From NCBI GenBank assembly GCA_008690995.1, contig VRMN01000001.1, forward strand, positions 3,162,001-3,226,000: a stretch of 64,000 nt of DNA. Direction: 5' to 3'. Below, one piece after another: positions 7,875-18,500 of this stretch. Both the position numbers and the translations under genes were made by a program. Numbering within the stretch: position 1 is the first letter of the stretch; every line of letters begins with the position of its first letter. This DNA is from Porphyridium purpureum (Eukaryota). The notes beneath the pieces are model-generated. The model was given only the letters and a program-made list of their open reading frames with translations, was not told the DNA's origin and ran no database searches.

Positions 7875-10298
7875 TTATCTCTTTGGAGGCGGTGGCGCCC
7901 CGACACGCACCGGCGGTGGTGGCGCCGCGCGACCGGCGCTGGGTGCCGCAGGCGCCCCGACTCGTCCAGACGTTCTCTGCGGACTGGTAACCCCTCTTTG
8001 CGGACTGGTAACCCCTCTTTGCGGACTGGTAACCCCTCGTGGTGGACTCGTAACGCCGCGTGGAGGTGATACAACTCCCACTGCCCGTGGCGTCGTCGGC
8101 TGGCTACGTCCCTGCGCGCTAGGAGGCGCTCCCGGTCCGACGATACGTCCTGAACCTCCTGGCGAGACTACGCGCCCAGACGTTCGCGCAGGTCCAGCCG
8201 GGGGCCCGGCACGAGGAGTAGGCACGCCAGTGGGTGTGCGCGTTCCTCCTCCTGGCGTACGTGCGCCTCCTGGAGTGCGCACCCCGCCTTGCATGCTCGA
8301 TTGCCCGGGCGGGGCGCCTGGAGAAACAATCCTGCCGGAGCCAGCAGCGCGGGGGCTTGCGACCACGGCTCGAGCTTGTGGGCTTCCCGGGCCACGTGGA
8401 CTCGCAGGGTTGCTGCGCAGCTGACCCGGGCCCTGCGGCGGGCGCACCACACGCGGCGAAGACGGATTGCTATAGACAACGCCGGGCGGGGGACCACCAA
8501 TACGGCCGCTTCTGGGCGTCGCACCTTGCGAAACATAGCCTGGAGGATACATCATCCCAGACGCACGATTGCCCTTCCCGCCTCCAGGCGTCATAGCGCC
8601 TGGGCTCATATACAGACGCCCCGAAGTCGGACCTTGTCCGCGTGGAGATGCATACGCCGAGCCGTACGGATCGCCATACATCTGGCCTTGATACGGCGAC
8701 ATGTACCCACTTGGTGAAACGTAGCCATAAGAAGGCTTCCTCTTCCGCTTGTTTGCGCGCATTACGCATGTGATAATTAGACAAATCACGCAAAGAAGAA
8801 CCAATCCACCTACTCCTCCGATGATGCCATAGAACACGGCCGGCTGCAGTCCAGCAATCGTGCTGTCTTCAGGGTTCACGTTTCCACCGCCGCTAAAGTC
8901 GCCCAACTCACAGAGCGGTGCCTGTGCGGCGCCAAGCGTCCGAATGGAAAACATGAACTGCATTAAGAGCCTACCAACGCAGCGGTTAGCCGTGTTCGGC
9001 GAGATTGAGGGTGCCATGATGCGATCACACACAGGGTAGTTCTCTCGTACACTATCCACGTGGGATACGGACGAACCACTGATAAAAGTCGAAGGGCTAT
9101 GCAGGGCATTGGACGAATCGGAAAAGTCAGACTGGCGCGAAAACAGCAACAGGTTTGACGTGAGTACCTCTGCGAGCTCTTCAGTTGGAGTATTCCACGT
9201 TCCGTTCAGAAAACCGAGCACGCTACACGCTGTAGTATTATCAGACTTGAACACGCCCGCGTACAAGTCATAGGCTGTAGGCTGTCCACCTTCCACTCCG
9301 CCGCGCGCGACGCCTGCGTCAATTTCGACGAAAAAATTTGTGACCATGAAAAGCGCGTGCATCATCTCGTGAATGATCACAGTCTGCAAATCAAACTGTT
9401 GAGTGACACCCCCTCCGCCGCCAACACCTCCGGGGTCAGAGCCATAATACCAATTAATATCGGCATTCAATTCCACAATGCAGTCAAAAGAGCCCCGGTT
9501 AACGTCAGTCCCGTTACCTAACGCCGCCTCGTACGACGCTACGGGATACAACACACGCGCTTCAATGCCGTTTGCATTGTAATCGATTGCAAGGTTTTGT
9601 GCAGGTGCGCCTAGGCCGAGGAGGCGCGAAGATTGGCTGCCGGCGCCTAACCTGTCGAAGTTGATGGACACGTTCACCCGCGTGTTCGACGTCCACGCGT
9701 TGGCGACAATCTGCATGGCAGCCATGATTGTGGCTGGTGCTCGTACCGGGTCGACAAGCGATATATCGAAAACGGAGACACTCATGTTGCTAGTGAACGC
9801 CCCAGAATCGCTTCTACCGACAACGTCGAATTGCAAGTCCAACGCGTTCTGCCGCAGCGTGAGCTGCTGACTTATCGAAAGGTCGTGCAAGTGTCGCAGC
9901 TGTCCGTTGAGTTCGTCCACGTACATTTCGTCCGCAATGCCCGCCAGTTTTCGCAAGCGCGTCATCTCTTCGCTTTCAAAAGGAATCAGAAGCGGGAGCA
10001 CACCTTCGCCACTTTCGAGCCTCCTTCTCTCTACGCGACGGCGCTCCTCCGCGAGCTGCGTCACATCGAGCCCTCTTCTGTGTGATGCTGCGTCGGCACT
10101 GCTTGGTGCGTGCCTCCGGGCGCGGTCCTCGCCACCAGAATACTGCGCTTCCGCCTGCACCGGCTCTTCCAGCGGCAGCGCATGACACCTTTGCGCGTCC
10201 AAAACGACCAGCAGCACCACCAGCGCTGCCACAAGCCCACAACTTCGCATCGCTGCAACCCCGTGGGCCTTGGCCGTGCGAGCCGGCCTCGGGCCCAT
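7875..10298 (-). CDS. Type I membrane zinc metalloprotease (HEXXH, metzincin-like) with Pro/Gly/Ser-rich cytoplasmic tail
   Basis: Signal peptide (MRSCGLVAALVVLLVVLDAQRCHA), FDLQTVIIHEMMHALF, LHSPSTFISGSSVSHVD, a Met-turn-like IMAP, a transmembrane segment (GIIGGVGGLVLLCVICLIITCV) followed by RANKRKRK. Start is ATG 10298 or 10250. Confidence 0.72.
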   Translation of the reverse strand: MGPRPARTAKAHGVAAMRSCGLVAALVVLLVVLDAQRCHALPLEEPVQAEAQYSGGEDRARRHAPSSADAASHRRGLDVTQLAEERRRVERRRLESGEGVLPLLIPFESEEMTRLRKLAGIADEMYVDELNGQLRHLHDLSISQQLTLRQNALDLQFDVVGRSDSGAFTSNMSVSVFDISLVDPVRAPATIMAAMQIVANAWTSNTRVNVSINFDRLGAGSQSSRLLGLGAPAQNLAIDYNANGIEARVLYPVASYEAALGNGTDVNRGSFDCIVELNADINWYYGSDPGGVGGGGGVTQQFDLQTVIIHEMMHALFMVTNFFVEIDAGVARGGVEGGQPTAYDLYAGVFKSDNTTACSVLGFLNGTWNTPTEELAEVLTSNLLLFSRQSDFSDSSNALHSPSTFISGSSVSHVDSVRENYPVCDRIMAPSISPNTANRCVGRLLMQFMFSIRTLGAAQAPLCELGDFSGGGNVNPEDSTIAGLQPAVFYGIIGGVGGLVLLCVICLIITCVMRANKRKRKPSYGYVSPSGYMSPYQGQMYGDPYGSAYASPRGQGPTSGRLYMSPGAMTPGGGKGNRASGMMYPPGYVSQGATPRSGRIGGPPPGVVYSNPSSPRVVRPPQGPGQLRSNPASPRGPGSPQARAVVASPRAAGSGRIVSPGAPPGQSSMQGGVRTPGGARTPGGGTRTPTGVPTPRAGPPAGPARTSGRVVSPGGSGRIVGPGAPPSAQGRSQPTTPRAVGVVSPPRGVTSPPRGVTSPQRGVTSPQRGVTSPQRTSGRVGAPAAPSAGRAAPPPPVRVGAPPPPKR
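7979..8062 (-). repeat. 21-bp coding tandem repeat x4 encoding RGVTSP(Q/P) heptads
   Basis: gcggactggtaacccctcttt repeated: two exact copies and two diverged. Confidence 0.9.
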
Positions 10299-10913
10299 TT
10301 TCTTGCCGGAGCTCGAGTCGATTCGTGTTTCCCAAGCACTATCAGTCAGTCGCGCATAAGCGCACCGGAACAAACCAAGCTTCCCTGCGAGCGAACTCGG
10401 CGTCGCCCAAAACGCGCAGCGCCCTTCCCGCCGCCGCGCACAAGCGCAGTCAAATAACCCGAAATCCGCAACTCGTCGTCTTCCGCGCGGCGTCTATCTC
10501 TTCCACTCTGCACCGTTTCCCACTCGCCACGTCCGCGACACCGTCCGTGTCTCGCCGCGCCGCGATTTGATTTCGCAAATGCGCCTCCTCCTTCCCCCTT
10601 CACGTTTCGTTTCTCCTTCTTCTACTGTTAGCCCAAGAAGCCTTTGGCTCCTCAGTCCCTTTTTCAGTGACACAAAAGCGCGCCGTGGCGAAAGTGTCGA
10701 GTGCCGTGCTGCTACGGCAGCGTACGACACGACACTGTCCCTCCTTTCCAAAACCCCCCGCCCCGCCCGCTTTCAATCGATTCTCATAATGAACTAATAG
10801 AGAGCACTGACACTAGCAAAGACGCTGATGCTGTTTATAGTAGTACGCAATAGACCACACACAACGTAGGGTGTCCGCGCGCTACACGACCACCACTCGA
10901 ACACTACTAGTAA

Positions 10914-10946
10914 GGAGGAGAAGAAGAAGAAGAAGAAAAGGAAGGA
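10914..10946. repeat. (GAA)n/purine microsatellite
   Basis: ggaggagaagaagaagaagaagaaaaggaagg, intergenic. Confidence 0.75.
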
Positions 10947-11770
10947 ATGCGCGCCGCAACACTAGCAACAAAATACCGAGGCGATGATGGCTTGTGTGGA
11001 GTGTGTGCCGTTCTTTCCTCTTTCAGTAGAGGCGCGTCTACGTCGAATGGCCTATTTTTGGGTTGTGGGTGCTTGTAGGAAGGGGGCCACTGGGTTGTTT
11101 GCTGTTTGTGTTGAGCAAGGAGGAAACACCAGGAACGCTTGCTTGTCAACCGTTCTTCACTCTAAACCACTAGACAATGACTAGAAGCTCACGCCGCCTC
11201 ATTTTTCGCCCGCTCAAGTAATTGAATGGCTCACGCGGTTTGAGGATGGCAAACATTCCACAGAACGGTGAGCTGTACACGCCCAAGCGAGCGGCGGTAC
11301 ACTGTGTCGTCACGCGCGTTTGGAAGGATGAAGCAGAATGCATTACATTGTGATGCTGCATTCACTGGCATGTGGTGGTGGTGGCAGCACGCACGCGCAA
11401 AGCGCAAAGTGGACGTGCACTGTACCTAGACTGTACTTGCGCCAGCGCCAGCGGGCGATTTGTGATTTTTCACAGGGCGCATCGCATCGTCATCAAGCGC
11501 GCTGCGCGGAGCGCGATCGAGTTGCTAGTAAAACAGGCGCGTTTTGATATGGCGCGCATGAGGAGCGCGGCATGAAAGCTCACAAACAGAACGAAACTGG
11601 CGCGCAGGGTGGGTGGGTGTTGCTGCTGCGAAAGCGGCTGGAGCGCATGCCGCAAGCATCCGCATGAGCCAGCGCGTCTGCCGCTCGCTTTGATCGTTCG
11701 ACACGAGTTGCGTTCGGTGCGTGCGTGCGCTTTGAGGCATTAGCAGAGCAAGCGCTTCGACCTGCCGCAG

Positions 11771-14700
11771 TTGGCTCGAGAGCGTTCCGCGAGCCGACAC
11801 GAGCCTGGCTGCATGCCAACGGGCATGTCGCCGCGGCAGCGCGTGCTTCTCGCGACTGCATCGTCGGCGGCAGAGCGCGAGCCGCTCTCTGCGCGCGCAT
11901 GCACGAGTAACCATGCCAGTGCGAATGCTCCGAGCAGCGCCGAGCAGAAGCGGAAGGCGCAGCGACAGCTCTGGCAGCCGTCCACGCCGCAGGAAGATTC
12001 CTCAGCCATGTGGAAGGCTCAGCAGCCAGCACTGAAGCTGGAGCCAAGCCTGCAAGCGGTGCAGCATGAGCAAGCCGTCGCGGTTGCGAAGAAACAGCGG
12101 CCTGCCAAAGTGCCACCGCGCCAGGATGCGCATCTCGACTCGGCAGCCTCGACAGCACAAAACATGCCAACGCTCACGGACACGCGCTCAGTCGATTCGG
12201 CGCTTTCGAGTGACGAGTCGACGTCGTCATTCTTGTCGTCCGCGTCATCTGCCGTGCAGACACGCGCGGGCGCCTCCGCAGTGTCAGCCGACGATGCGCA
12301 AGAACCGCAATCCAGGCTCGCACGCGGCACGAGGTCTCCAAGACGTGTTCGCAGATCTATGTCAAGAATGCGAAGATGCCGGCAGCCTTCGGCGCCACGA
12401 ACGTGCTCCTACTGCCGCCGCCTCGTGGAAAGCGTTGTACATATTAGGTGTGCCGAGTATGTGCCTGCTTCGCTGTTTGTTCAGCGCACAGCCCTCATGG
12501 GGTCGAAGCGTGACGCGAAGCGCGCGCGCTCCAGGGCAAATAAGGCGGTCCAAATCCCATCATTCGGCGGCAAGATGGGAGCCAGTGCCAGCGCCAGCAC
12601 CAATAACGCCAGCAGGAAGAACAGTGTACCCACGGTTGAAGAGGCATCGTCCGCCGAACAAGGGGTGACGCGCTTGTGCGGTGTGCGATTGTGTCTTGAC
12701 TGCTTCAGTGTGGGTGCAGAGGTGTTTCCTCATCGCGCGGACCACGCCTATGCAATAGTAGACGTGCTCGACTGCTCGGTACTTCTCGACTCGGACTGGA
12801 CGGGCGATGAGGAGGTGCGGCTCCTAGATGCGGTGGCCCGGTTTGGAATCGGGAGCTGGGCAGAGGTGAGCAAATACGTGGGCACATGGGGCCGCAGTGA
12901 GTGCAAAACACACTATCAAAATGTTTACCTGATTGGGTTGGACCTCGCGTGCGGCTTTCCCGCAAATTCCACGTACCCGGGCATTCTGGAGCAGGTTCAA
13001 CAACAAGAACAGCAGCTGCAGCCACAACGACAACCAGCATCGGAGCACAGATCTGGGCACCGTGTGATGGAACAAATACACAGCAACGACCCTTCAGATG
13101 TTGCTGCTCCGAGAATCAATCCTACCAATGTAACTACCGAAGTTTTCGACTCGTCTCCCAAGAATGTGATGAACTCGAGCGAAATAACGGGGAACAATAT
13201 CATCCCACCGGCAATAGGTGGACAGGATGGTCCAGCAGCGGCATCCGAACATGCCGATGAACGAGGAGATCATGGAGCTGCGCGAGACCCTGGCGGCGAA
13301 TCAGAGCACGCCAAACATGTCAATGAGCGAAGCGACTCTCCGCTTCGCCAGCGTTTATCGATGCGCGCAAGCAGAGCAGATCGTGACCCGTCGGCCCGAT
13401 CCCGGCGGAAAAGAAAGCGCGCCGCGGCAGCGGGCATTGGTTCCGACGACTATGCTGGTAAGCCCTCCGCTGCGTCAGCGGGTGTTGGTGGGCACGGTAC
13501 GCAGAGTAGCGGTGATCAGCTTGCGGCTCCTGCAGCGCTGTCTGGCTTCATGCCAAAGCGCCACGACTTTGAGCATGAGTTTGACGATGACGCGGAAGCC
13601 TTGCTCGCGGACTTGGAGATCTGTGAAACAGACACGCTTGCAGATGTTGAACTGAAAGTCCGTCTGATCGAGCTGTACAATGCGCGATTGGACGAGCGCG
13701 AGGCGCGCAAGGAGTTTGTACTAGACCGCGGATTGCTTGAATTCGATCGCATGCGCGCAGAGGAGCGCCGTCGGCCCAAAGGAGATCGCGAATTCGTGCA
13801 GCAGTTGCGCGTTTTTTCGCGCCTGCATTCAGAGCAGGAGCAGGCCGTTTTTGAGAACGCGATGACTTACGAACATCAGCTACTCAAGCGTGCGAGTGAA
13901 ATTGCACACTACCGCAGCCTTGGTATCCGGACGTGGGACGAGGCGAGCGTTTACCTCTTTGATTTGCGCAAGCGCACTTCAGAGCAGCAACTGCGTGCCG
14001 CCAAGGAGCCGCTCTACAACACAACGCACCGCAAGAACTCGCAGCGCGGCTTTCGCTACCTGAATCGCGATGTTCTGGGCGGTCCCGGCTCTCCTAGCGC
14101 TGTGACCACGCCGCCGCGTATCAGTAGCCTAAACGCCCGTAGCTCGGCGGATGTGGCATGGGGCGCAATAGAGCGAGATCCTTTGGACTTGAGCTCTGTT
14201 CCCGGGGCTGTGCAGGAGGCGCAAGGCCAGGCTTTGGCCGAGACCGCAGCACTCGAGCCGTTCGCGCAAGTTGAGCATCAATCAGTCTCCCGAGATGGAG
14301 CACTACCTTGCGCACAAGTCGCCAAATCCGAATTGGCGAATGAGAATGCACCAGATGATCGTTGCGCGCGCAGCGAAGCCGAAAATGTCGCACCACTTGA
14401 GCTTTATGAGCAGCCAACGCCCCAAGAGCCCAAGCGTTCCCCAATAGAACCGCGCATGGACAGGCTTGTACTTACGTCAGCGTTGTCGCCGACCGAGGCG
14501 GATGTTTCTAGTCTTTTCCAGATTTCGCGCGAAATGATGCTGGCCATGAAGGGCTATCTTGTGCGTGATTTTGAGGCAGGCGGAGCAGGGTTTGCTGTCC
14601 CAGACGCTGTCAATAGCCAGAGTACCACGGTGTTTTCATCTGCGAACGAGCTGCCAGATCCCAGCAGCGTTCGCCTGGTGTCAATGCGCATTGACGCCGG

Positions 14701-15121
14701 AGATGCAGCCCCCGCGACTTCTAAAGCAGTTGGGGCCGCAAAGCCAGAGGCAAGTGTGGGCGAGGGCTTCAATGTGGTTAATGTTGGGAAGGATGAGCCG
14801 AAGCCAGCGTGCCGGTCACCGTGGGAAGACCGTAGAGGCCGACCCGCCGCGCCTGATGGCGGAAAACCAGTTGAGGAGAGTGCCGATGCATCGCACAAGA
14901 AGTGCGGTGGTGAAAGTCAGGCCCCGAGCGAGACTCCTGGGCCCGACCAGGGCAGCGGGAGCGAAGACGGAAGCAAGGTGGAAGCAATGGCTGTCAACGA
15001 TTTGGTGCCAACGCCTGGAATGGCCGCTCGGCGCCATGGCGCAGTCACAGGTCCGAGTGTTATATTTTTGGAGTCAAACGTGAAGTTTTGTGGTGCAAAT
15101 TGTGAGAGAAGGATTGCGTAG
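11771..15121 (+). CDS. ADA2: Transcriptional adaptor ADA2 (ZZ finger, SANT, Ada2 helical domain, degenerate SWIRM region)
   Basis: CSYC...IRCAE...LCLDCFSVGAE...HRADHAY (ZZ finger), DWTGDEEVRLLDAVARFGIGSWAEVSKYVG (SANT) and GFMPKRHDFEHEFDDDAE. The true ATG is uncertain and lies downstream of 11771. Confidence 0.9.
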   Translation: MARERSASRHEPGCMPTGMSPRQRVLLATASSAAEREPLSARACTSNHASANAPSSAEQKRKAQRQLWQPSTPQEDSSAMWKAQQPALKLEPSLQAVQHEQAVAVAKKQRPAKVPPRQDAHLDSAASTAQNMPTLTDTRSVDSALSSDESTSSFLSSASSAVQTRAGASAVSADDAQEPQSRLARGTRSPRRVRRSMSRMRRCRQPSAPRTCSYCRRLVESVVHIRCAEYVPASLFVQRTALMGSKRDAKRARSRANKAVQIPSFGGKMGASASASTNNASRKNSVPTVEEASSAEQGVTRLCGVRLCLDCFSVGAEVFPHRADHAYAIVDVLDCSVLLDSDWTGDEEVRLLDAVARFGIGSWAEVSKYVGTWGRSECKTHYQNVYLIGLDLACGFPANSTYPGILEQVQQQEQQLQPQRQPASEHRSGHRVMEQIHSNDPSDVAAPRINPTNVTTEVFDSSPKNVMNSSEITGNNIIPPAIGGQDGPAAASEHADERGDHGAARDPGGESEHAKHVNERSDSPLRQRLSMRASRADRDPSARSRRKRKRAAAAGIGSDDYAGKPSAASAGVGGHGTQSSGDQLAAPAALSGFMPKRHDFEHEFDDDAEALLADLEICETDTLADVELKVRLIELYNARLDEREARKEFVLDRGLLEFDRMRAEERRRPKGDREFVQQLRVFSRLHSEQEQAVFENAMTYEHQLLKRASEIAHYRSLGIRTWDEASVYLFDLRKRTSEQQLRAAKEPLYNTTHRKNSQRGFRYLNRDVLGGPGSPSAVTTPPRISSLNARSSADVAWGAIERDPLDLSSVPGAVQEAQGQALAETAALEPFAQVEHQSVSRDGALPCAQVAKSELANENAPDDRCARSEAENVAPLELYEQPTPQEPKRSPIEPRMDRLVLTSALSPTEADVSSLFQISREMMLAMKGYLVRDFEAGGAGFAVPDAVNSQSTTVFSSANELPDPSSVRLVSMRIDAGDAAPATSKAVGAAKPEASVGEGFNVVNVGKDEPKPACRSPWEDRRGRPAAPDGGKPVEESADASHKKCGGESQAPSETPGPDQGSGSEDGSKVEAMAVNDLVPTPGMAARRHGAVTGPSVIFLESNVKFCGANCERRIA

Positions 15122-15541
15122 TGACTTCCACTCCGGATGTACCCATCTGGTTTTTTAGTTTCGTACTTCTCGGAGTTCAAGGGCCGGATCCATAGTGATC
15201 GAGTGTGTGAACAAACTTGACGTACGAAGATTCAAGGGCGAAGAAACGATGTATATAGAAGAGCACACCACGCATCCGTGGCCGCTGCCACCACCATAAG
15301 CAGCAGCAGCGGCGAGCCGACGTTTTCCCATAAATGAAAAGTTGCGCAAACTCGAAAAAAGGTCGTCCCGTATGTACAGCTGTAGGTACGGTGCTTGTGG
15401 CGGCGGGCGCTCGTCGTGATGCACGCCTGTGCCCAACGCGTGCGGCAAGTCGATCGGATCTGCGCAGAGACCAAGGGACGTGTAGGCTCAGCAAGCAAGC
15501 ACGGGGAGCAGGAACTAGGCCGTGTGCTCTGGTGGTCAAAC

Positions 15542-18500
15542 ATGCATGCCGTGCAGGAGATCGCCGACGCCGTGGCGGTCGACGGTTCTCGCTGGAGCGA
15601 GCTCGTCGCTGTCGTCACCACCGCGGCGAACAAAGCAGCGCGCTCGCGCGCAGTGCTTCCGCCCAGGGCGTCCCAAGGGCCGGAGCCAGAACTCACGCCG
15701 GACTGCAGGGACCTGTCGACATCCCCAGACGCGCGTGCGACGGATGAAGCTCCGACATGCGCTGTACATGGCGCCGTCCAGTACATCCTCTGTAGCAGCA
15801 GCTTTGTGTACGGTCGGCTTATTGCCGAGCTGCCTGCTGTATGCGCGTTCGGCGTACTGCATGCACCCTCATACGAGGCAGTGGGTGATTTGGTGCGCGT
15901 GCTCAGTACGGAGGCAGCAGTGGCCGCAGCGAGCGCGCGCAAAGACCGGTCTCGCGCCTTGCTGCTGCTAAAGTGTCTTTCCCGTGCGCTCGGCAATCTG
16001 GTCAAGCGCTTCATAAGCAAAAGCTTGAGCAGCGGCGCAAACACAAGCGACGTACTGAATAGCATGACACCGGCGTTGGATGCCATGGTAGCGCTGGCGA
16101 GCTGTGTTCTGGCCGACACAGGCTCTCATGTGCTCGACACATCTTCGTCATCGCCACGGGGAGGCGCGCCAAGAAGAGTTATTTCACTCGTCGCGCGCTG
16201 GATGGGCAGCGTGTTCGCTCTGTACCACACAGCGCGAGATGCACGGCATAGCGTACGGAGCGAGGTCTCCACAGAACAAGTCGATGGTGAGGCTTTGCTA
16301 GCTACACAAAGGTATAACGAACTAGTCGGCGAGGTGGCACAGACAGTGGTGGTGCGCAGCGAAAAGAGTGAAAAGGATGGGCACTGGTTCAGCTCGCTTG
16401 CCTATTTGATACTGCTTCGACAAATAGACGGGCTAGGTTCCACATGGACGGCGCGCGTCTTGCAGCTTGTGCTGACGTTGACACTCCGACACGGAGCGGC
16501 GCGATCGAGGCTCGTGGTAAGCGCGCTGCTGAGCGGCGGTTGTGGCAAAGATTTGGTCGCTACCACTGAGACACGGGGTACGGCACGCACAAACCACTTG
16601 GTTGAGCAGTTGCGCCAGCTCATGGGCTCACCATCAGGCCAACAGCTCGTCACTCCGCAGATTGAGCGGTTTGTGCTTCGTGATAAGCTTGCTTGCGTGA
16701 GTGCGCTACCGCTGCTTCTGACTGAGCCGTCAGAGCTGATCGTGCAGTACGAGCCCGGCCTCTTCATGCCCCTTTTGCCGGTAGTGTCGGCGGTACTTAC
16801 GCAGCCATTGCCCAAGGCCACTGATAGTGACGTGCAAGTTCTGATGCATAGCGTGACAGAGATCATTCGCGCTTTGGTTGCCTGCCTGCGTTTTTCAATG
16901 AAGGCCATCGTTACCGGAAGCCGCGGCGAGGAAGATCCAAATGAAGCCGGAGTTGTTGACGATGGAGTGATCCACGAGCTTGTCGTTGCGCTTTTAGACG
17001 CGTGCTGCGGGAAGCGCAAGTCACTTAATCCAGAGCAGCGGCTTTGTGCGGTGCGTTGTCTCGTATTGATAGCGGCAGCTGCTGAAGCGAAAGCCCAGGC
17101 GGGATTTCAACGACCCAGCGGCGCGCAGGCAAGTGAGATGCGCTGCCGTGAAACGCAGCTGCTAGTGCTGAATGCGATCGCTGAATGGCTGGCCAGCCCG
17201 AGAAATGAAGCCAGCGATTCTGTTCGTGCCGAGGGCTACCACTGCATGGTGCAGTGGGCGCTTGTACACATTTGTTCTGTTGATGGAAAGAGCCTTGAGG
17301 AGAAGCTACCTATAGTCGCACACGACTTTCTCGTATCCAAGCTCACCTGCATTGAGTCAGAAGGTGGAAACAGTAGCGAGGGCTACCTTGCGCTCGACGC
17401 CATCGTGCTCGGGCTCTCGAAGGGATCCGAGGCCTCCGCAGTGATGCAATGTGTGTGTTCTGAAAATGGTGTGCAAGATGCCCTGCTACGCATGTGTGCC
17501 ATGCCGCGCACTTCGTCTTGGCGCCAGTTGCAGTGCGGTGCAGCAATTTTATCTGGTCTCCGTAAAAATGACCCGGATTTGAAAGAAACTGCCTTGAAAT
17601 GTGCCGGCAAGAGCGAGAACTCGCATACCTACTCCATGCAGCTGTTGGCCTTGTTAAGCTGGTCGTCACTGTGCGATCGCTTTACGCAGCTGGACGAGTC
17701 CACCGAGTGCAAGGATTTTTTCAGAGAAGGTCAAGGGGATGTCCGACGCACCGGACCAGGTGTTTTAAAGCGTTTGGTATTTGTCTCGCACGAGATTCTT
17801 CATTGGCTGGACTTGCTCATCGTGCTGAGCCGCAAGGAAGAAACGCGAATCGCTTCGGACCTCGCGGGCGCGGTAGATGCGAATCTGGATGCGGCGCAAC
17901 CTCGTGCGGAGGATAGAAACCTCTTTGCGGAAGCGAATGGAGAATTGCAAGAACAAAAGCAACGAACTCACGACTCGTGTGAGAATAGCAGTCGAGCACT
18001 GGAGGGCTTTATTGTTGAAGTTCCGTCTTTGATGGGAGTGGATCAAGAGCGAAAAGTCGACTCGGTTTGCGACTTCATTGTGTCCCTTGCGTGCCTAGAA
18101 TTTCCGGCTTCTGCGCCGCATTCGTACTGTGCGCGAGACGCCGTCGTTGAGACGATGCGCCGCCTCCGCTCGGACGCGATGCCAAAGCGCGTTCTTCTGT
18201 CGCTCCTTCGGGTCGCAAGAGGCAACGCTAAATATGCCACGATGCTTGATGAAGCCACTGCTTGCCGCACTGCTGCCCGAGTCGGGGTAGCTGCTCGTTG
18301 CGAGGCGCTTCGTGTGCGAATTTGCAATGCGGGTGTATGTCTTGACTCATGCGCACCACTCATGTTGTTTCTGCTGTGTGTCCCAGACTTTGGTCTTTCT
18401 TCACGGTATTCTGGCACAACGCTTCGTAGCCTTCGCGTGCGTACTTTCCTGAAAGGGTCCAAATTCGCCCTTTCACATATCGATGCTGCGCAAGATGGCA

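Noticed and set aside
7979..8062. 21-bp repeats as a CRISPR-like array or RNA polymerase II CTD
   Set aside because: There are no spacers, and the repeats are in-frame coding repeats in a membrane protein tail that do not match YSPTSPS.
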